A DNA stretch of 63,599 nucleotides, filler included, from Octopus bimaculoides (lineage: Eukaryota), in assembly GCF_001194135.2 (NCBI RefSeq). It is 5 parts of 5 records of this genome, joined end to end, with 100 filler letters (N's around TTAATTAATTAA, not from the genome) between each part and the next. Parts side by side here need not be neighbours in the genome. Positions count along the whole stretch, not along the records: positions 55,424 to 63,599 come from NC_068985.1; 4 more parts are not named here. The stretch is one strand, 5' to 3'. This document shows positions 61,940-63,599 of this stretch, in pieces. Made by a program: the position numbers and the translations under genes. The notes under the pieces were generated by a model. It worked only from the letters and a program-made list of their open reading frames with translations, was not told the origin of the DNA and searched no databases. Position 1 is the stretch's first letter, and every line of letters starts with the position of its first letter.

Positions 61940-62430
61940 TCTTTTCTACACTTTTCTGCTTCTCACACCTCTCCCTATAAACTACTACACTTTCATCACT
62001 ATCTATACAATCCTGTCTTCACAATTTTGACTATTCCTCGGTTCTAGAATTTTTTTTATCATTCTCACATCTTTAGTTCCGACTAATATCTTATTTCCCC
62101 TCTTTTCAACTTCGTGTGTACGTCGGTGTCATTGTGTATGTATCTTTTTATCTAGAACTTCCTTTGCCTTTATTCCTGGAACCTATTTCCCCTCTCACCC
62201 GATCTTTCCTATTTCATCTGGTTTTTAACTTGCTACAAATCTTGTTCATTCCTCCCTCATACCTTACTTCCTTCCACATAATCAAAATGCCACACTATAT
62301 CACCTCATGCAACTACTCACCTCCACAGCATTCTTTTACCGTGATAGTAGCCTATCATATTTTCTTTCTCTGAAGAAGAATAGATGACTGAAACGTTAGA
62401 TTTTTCATTCTCTACAACAAATCAACTCAT
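61940..62430 (+). mobile_element. Pyrimidine-rich putative PLE 3' UTR ending in a hammerhead-like motif
   Basis: C/T-rich tract ending ttct-CTGAAGA-AG..CT-GAAACGTT-aga at 62366-62400. Confidence 0.45.
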
Positions 62431-62651
62431 AATCTATTTTTGTTAATACCAAGTTTTAGGGATGAATTTTACAAAAATTCTACCAAATTCTTTGGCTTTC
62501 TGATTTTTCCTTGCACTTTTCATATCTCGATTCCTTGTTATCTAAACCCTTTTTACGAGTCTCTTTCTCTTTTTCTTTTCCTCGTGTCTCTACACACCTC
62601 TCCTTTCTTTTTCTGTTTATTATATTTCTTTAATTTCTCTTCCCCACTTTC

Positions 62652-63480
62652 TCTTTTGATTAATTTTATCTTTTCATAAATTATTCTAAATGTCTGCTCC
62701 GTTTATATGTACTTTTTCAAAAACTTACAGGAATTCAAAATCAATTGCTGCAGATCAAAGAACGTCTAAACGCTGCCATCTGTCTTTTAATTGGACCTAG
62801 AACTTCTAGGACTACATTTTCAAGATGCTGAAATGTAATGCGCGGAAAACACCTTCTCTTATGTCTAGTTATATTAATGCACATTTCAAAAACTTCATTA
62901 TCTTTTATCTTTTTGCTTATTGTCAAAAGAGTGCTGACAGGGAATATGACATAAACAGAAGAGGAACAAAATAAGAAATGGTAATGAATAAATTGGTAGT
63001 TAGAAAAAATAGAGCAGAATATTTGAAGTGTCATTTACAGTAAGGTGATTCGCTAAGACGACTTGCGCTGCAAAGGCTGGGATTTTCCGTTGGCTAGTAT
63101 TACTTACCCATGGAGAGATGTCATGGAAAAGCTTCATTTTTGAAATTGAGGCAGGTATTAAAATCTTTGAAGTTTTGTAAAATTCATGCCCTATCAATTA
63201 GATACAAACTGCACTTCTTGACACCATTGCTCTATATCTTTGGCCTCTAGCACATTCTTTACTGGATGTTATACCTGATTTGTCTTTCAAATGCCATATA
63301 TAGTTTGTCAATGATGTAGTCATCTTCTGTGGATGACTGGATAATCTTTCAGTTTATAACTGTGTATATTGTCTATTTTTCAATTGAAGTTACTTCAATA
63401 ACGGGGTGACTTTTCATTTCATTACAAGAGTACTTTCAATTGATTAAAAAGTATTTTTGGCTCGCTCACTACGTTAAGTA
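62652..63480 (-). mobile_element. Penelope-like remnant: GIY-YIG C-terminus followed by ORF start (partial tandem arrangement)
   Basis: The reverse strand reads HPQKMTTSLTNYIWHLKDK...CSLYL (T.LS.YIW.LK...C.LCL motif), then FQHLENVVLEVLGPIKRQMAAFRRSL. Confidence 0.75.
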
Positions 63481-63553
63481 TGTGAGTCTCCACTTAACTA
63501 TATACATTATCATATTTGTTTGTGTAAGTGCGTGTGTTTATGCCTGTGCATAT

Positions 63554-63554
<1 letters not shown>

Positions 63555-63599
<45 letters not shown>
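63555..63599. repeat. (TA)n microsatellite at the window end
   Basis: Direct reading. Confidence 0.97.

Overview
AT-rich eukaryotic genomic DNA from a gapped draft assembly. Dense (TA)n/(CA)n/(AAT)n/(CT)n microsatellites and the SINE repertoire suggest an octopus (inference). I found no host protein-coding exon, rRNA, true tRNA gene or CRISPR array. The window is mostly decayed transposons: several tRNA-derived SINE families, a repeat with an RTE-like tail, R4/Dong-like, CR1-like and RTE LINE remnants, Penelope-like elements (PLEs), and Tc1/mariner elements with MITEs. Most ORFs in the track are microsatellite or N-gap artefacts. Signals worth following up: (1) minimal hammerhead-ribozyme-like motifs at PLE ends; (2) R4/Dong-like LINEs inside (TAA)n tracts, one with an uninterrupted RT segment; (3) a block at 32.1-41.0 kb where SINE CpGs are selectively decayed, bounded by two artificial gap spacers; (4) a perfect four-unit heat-shock element; (5) many long fold-back hairpins and inverted repeat pairs that could form dsRNA. 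All alignments and counts were done by eye, and TE family assignments come from recalled motif similarity, not database searches.
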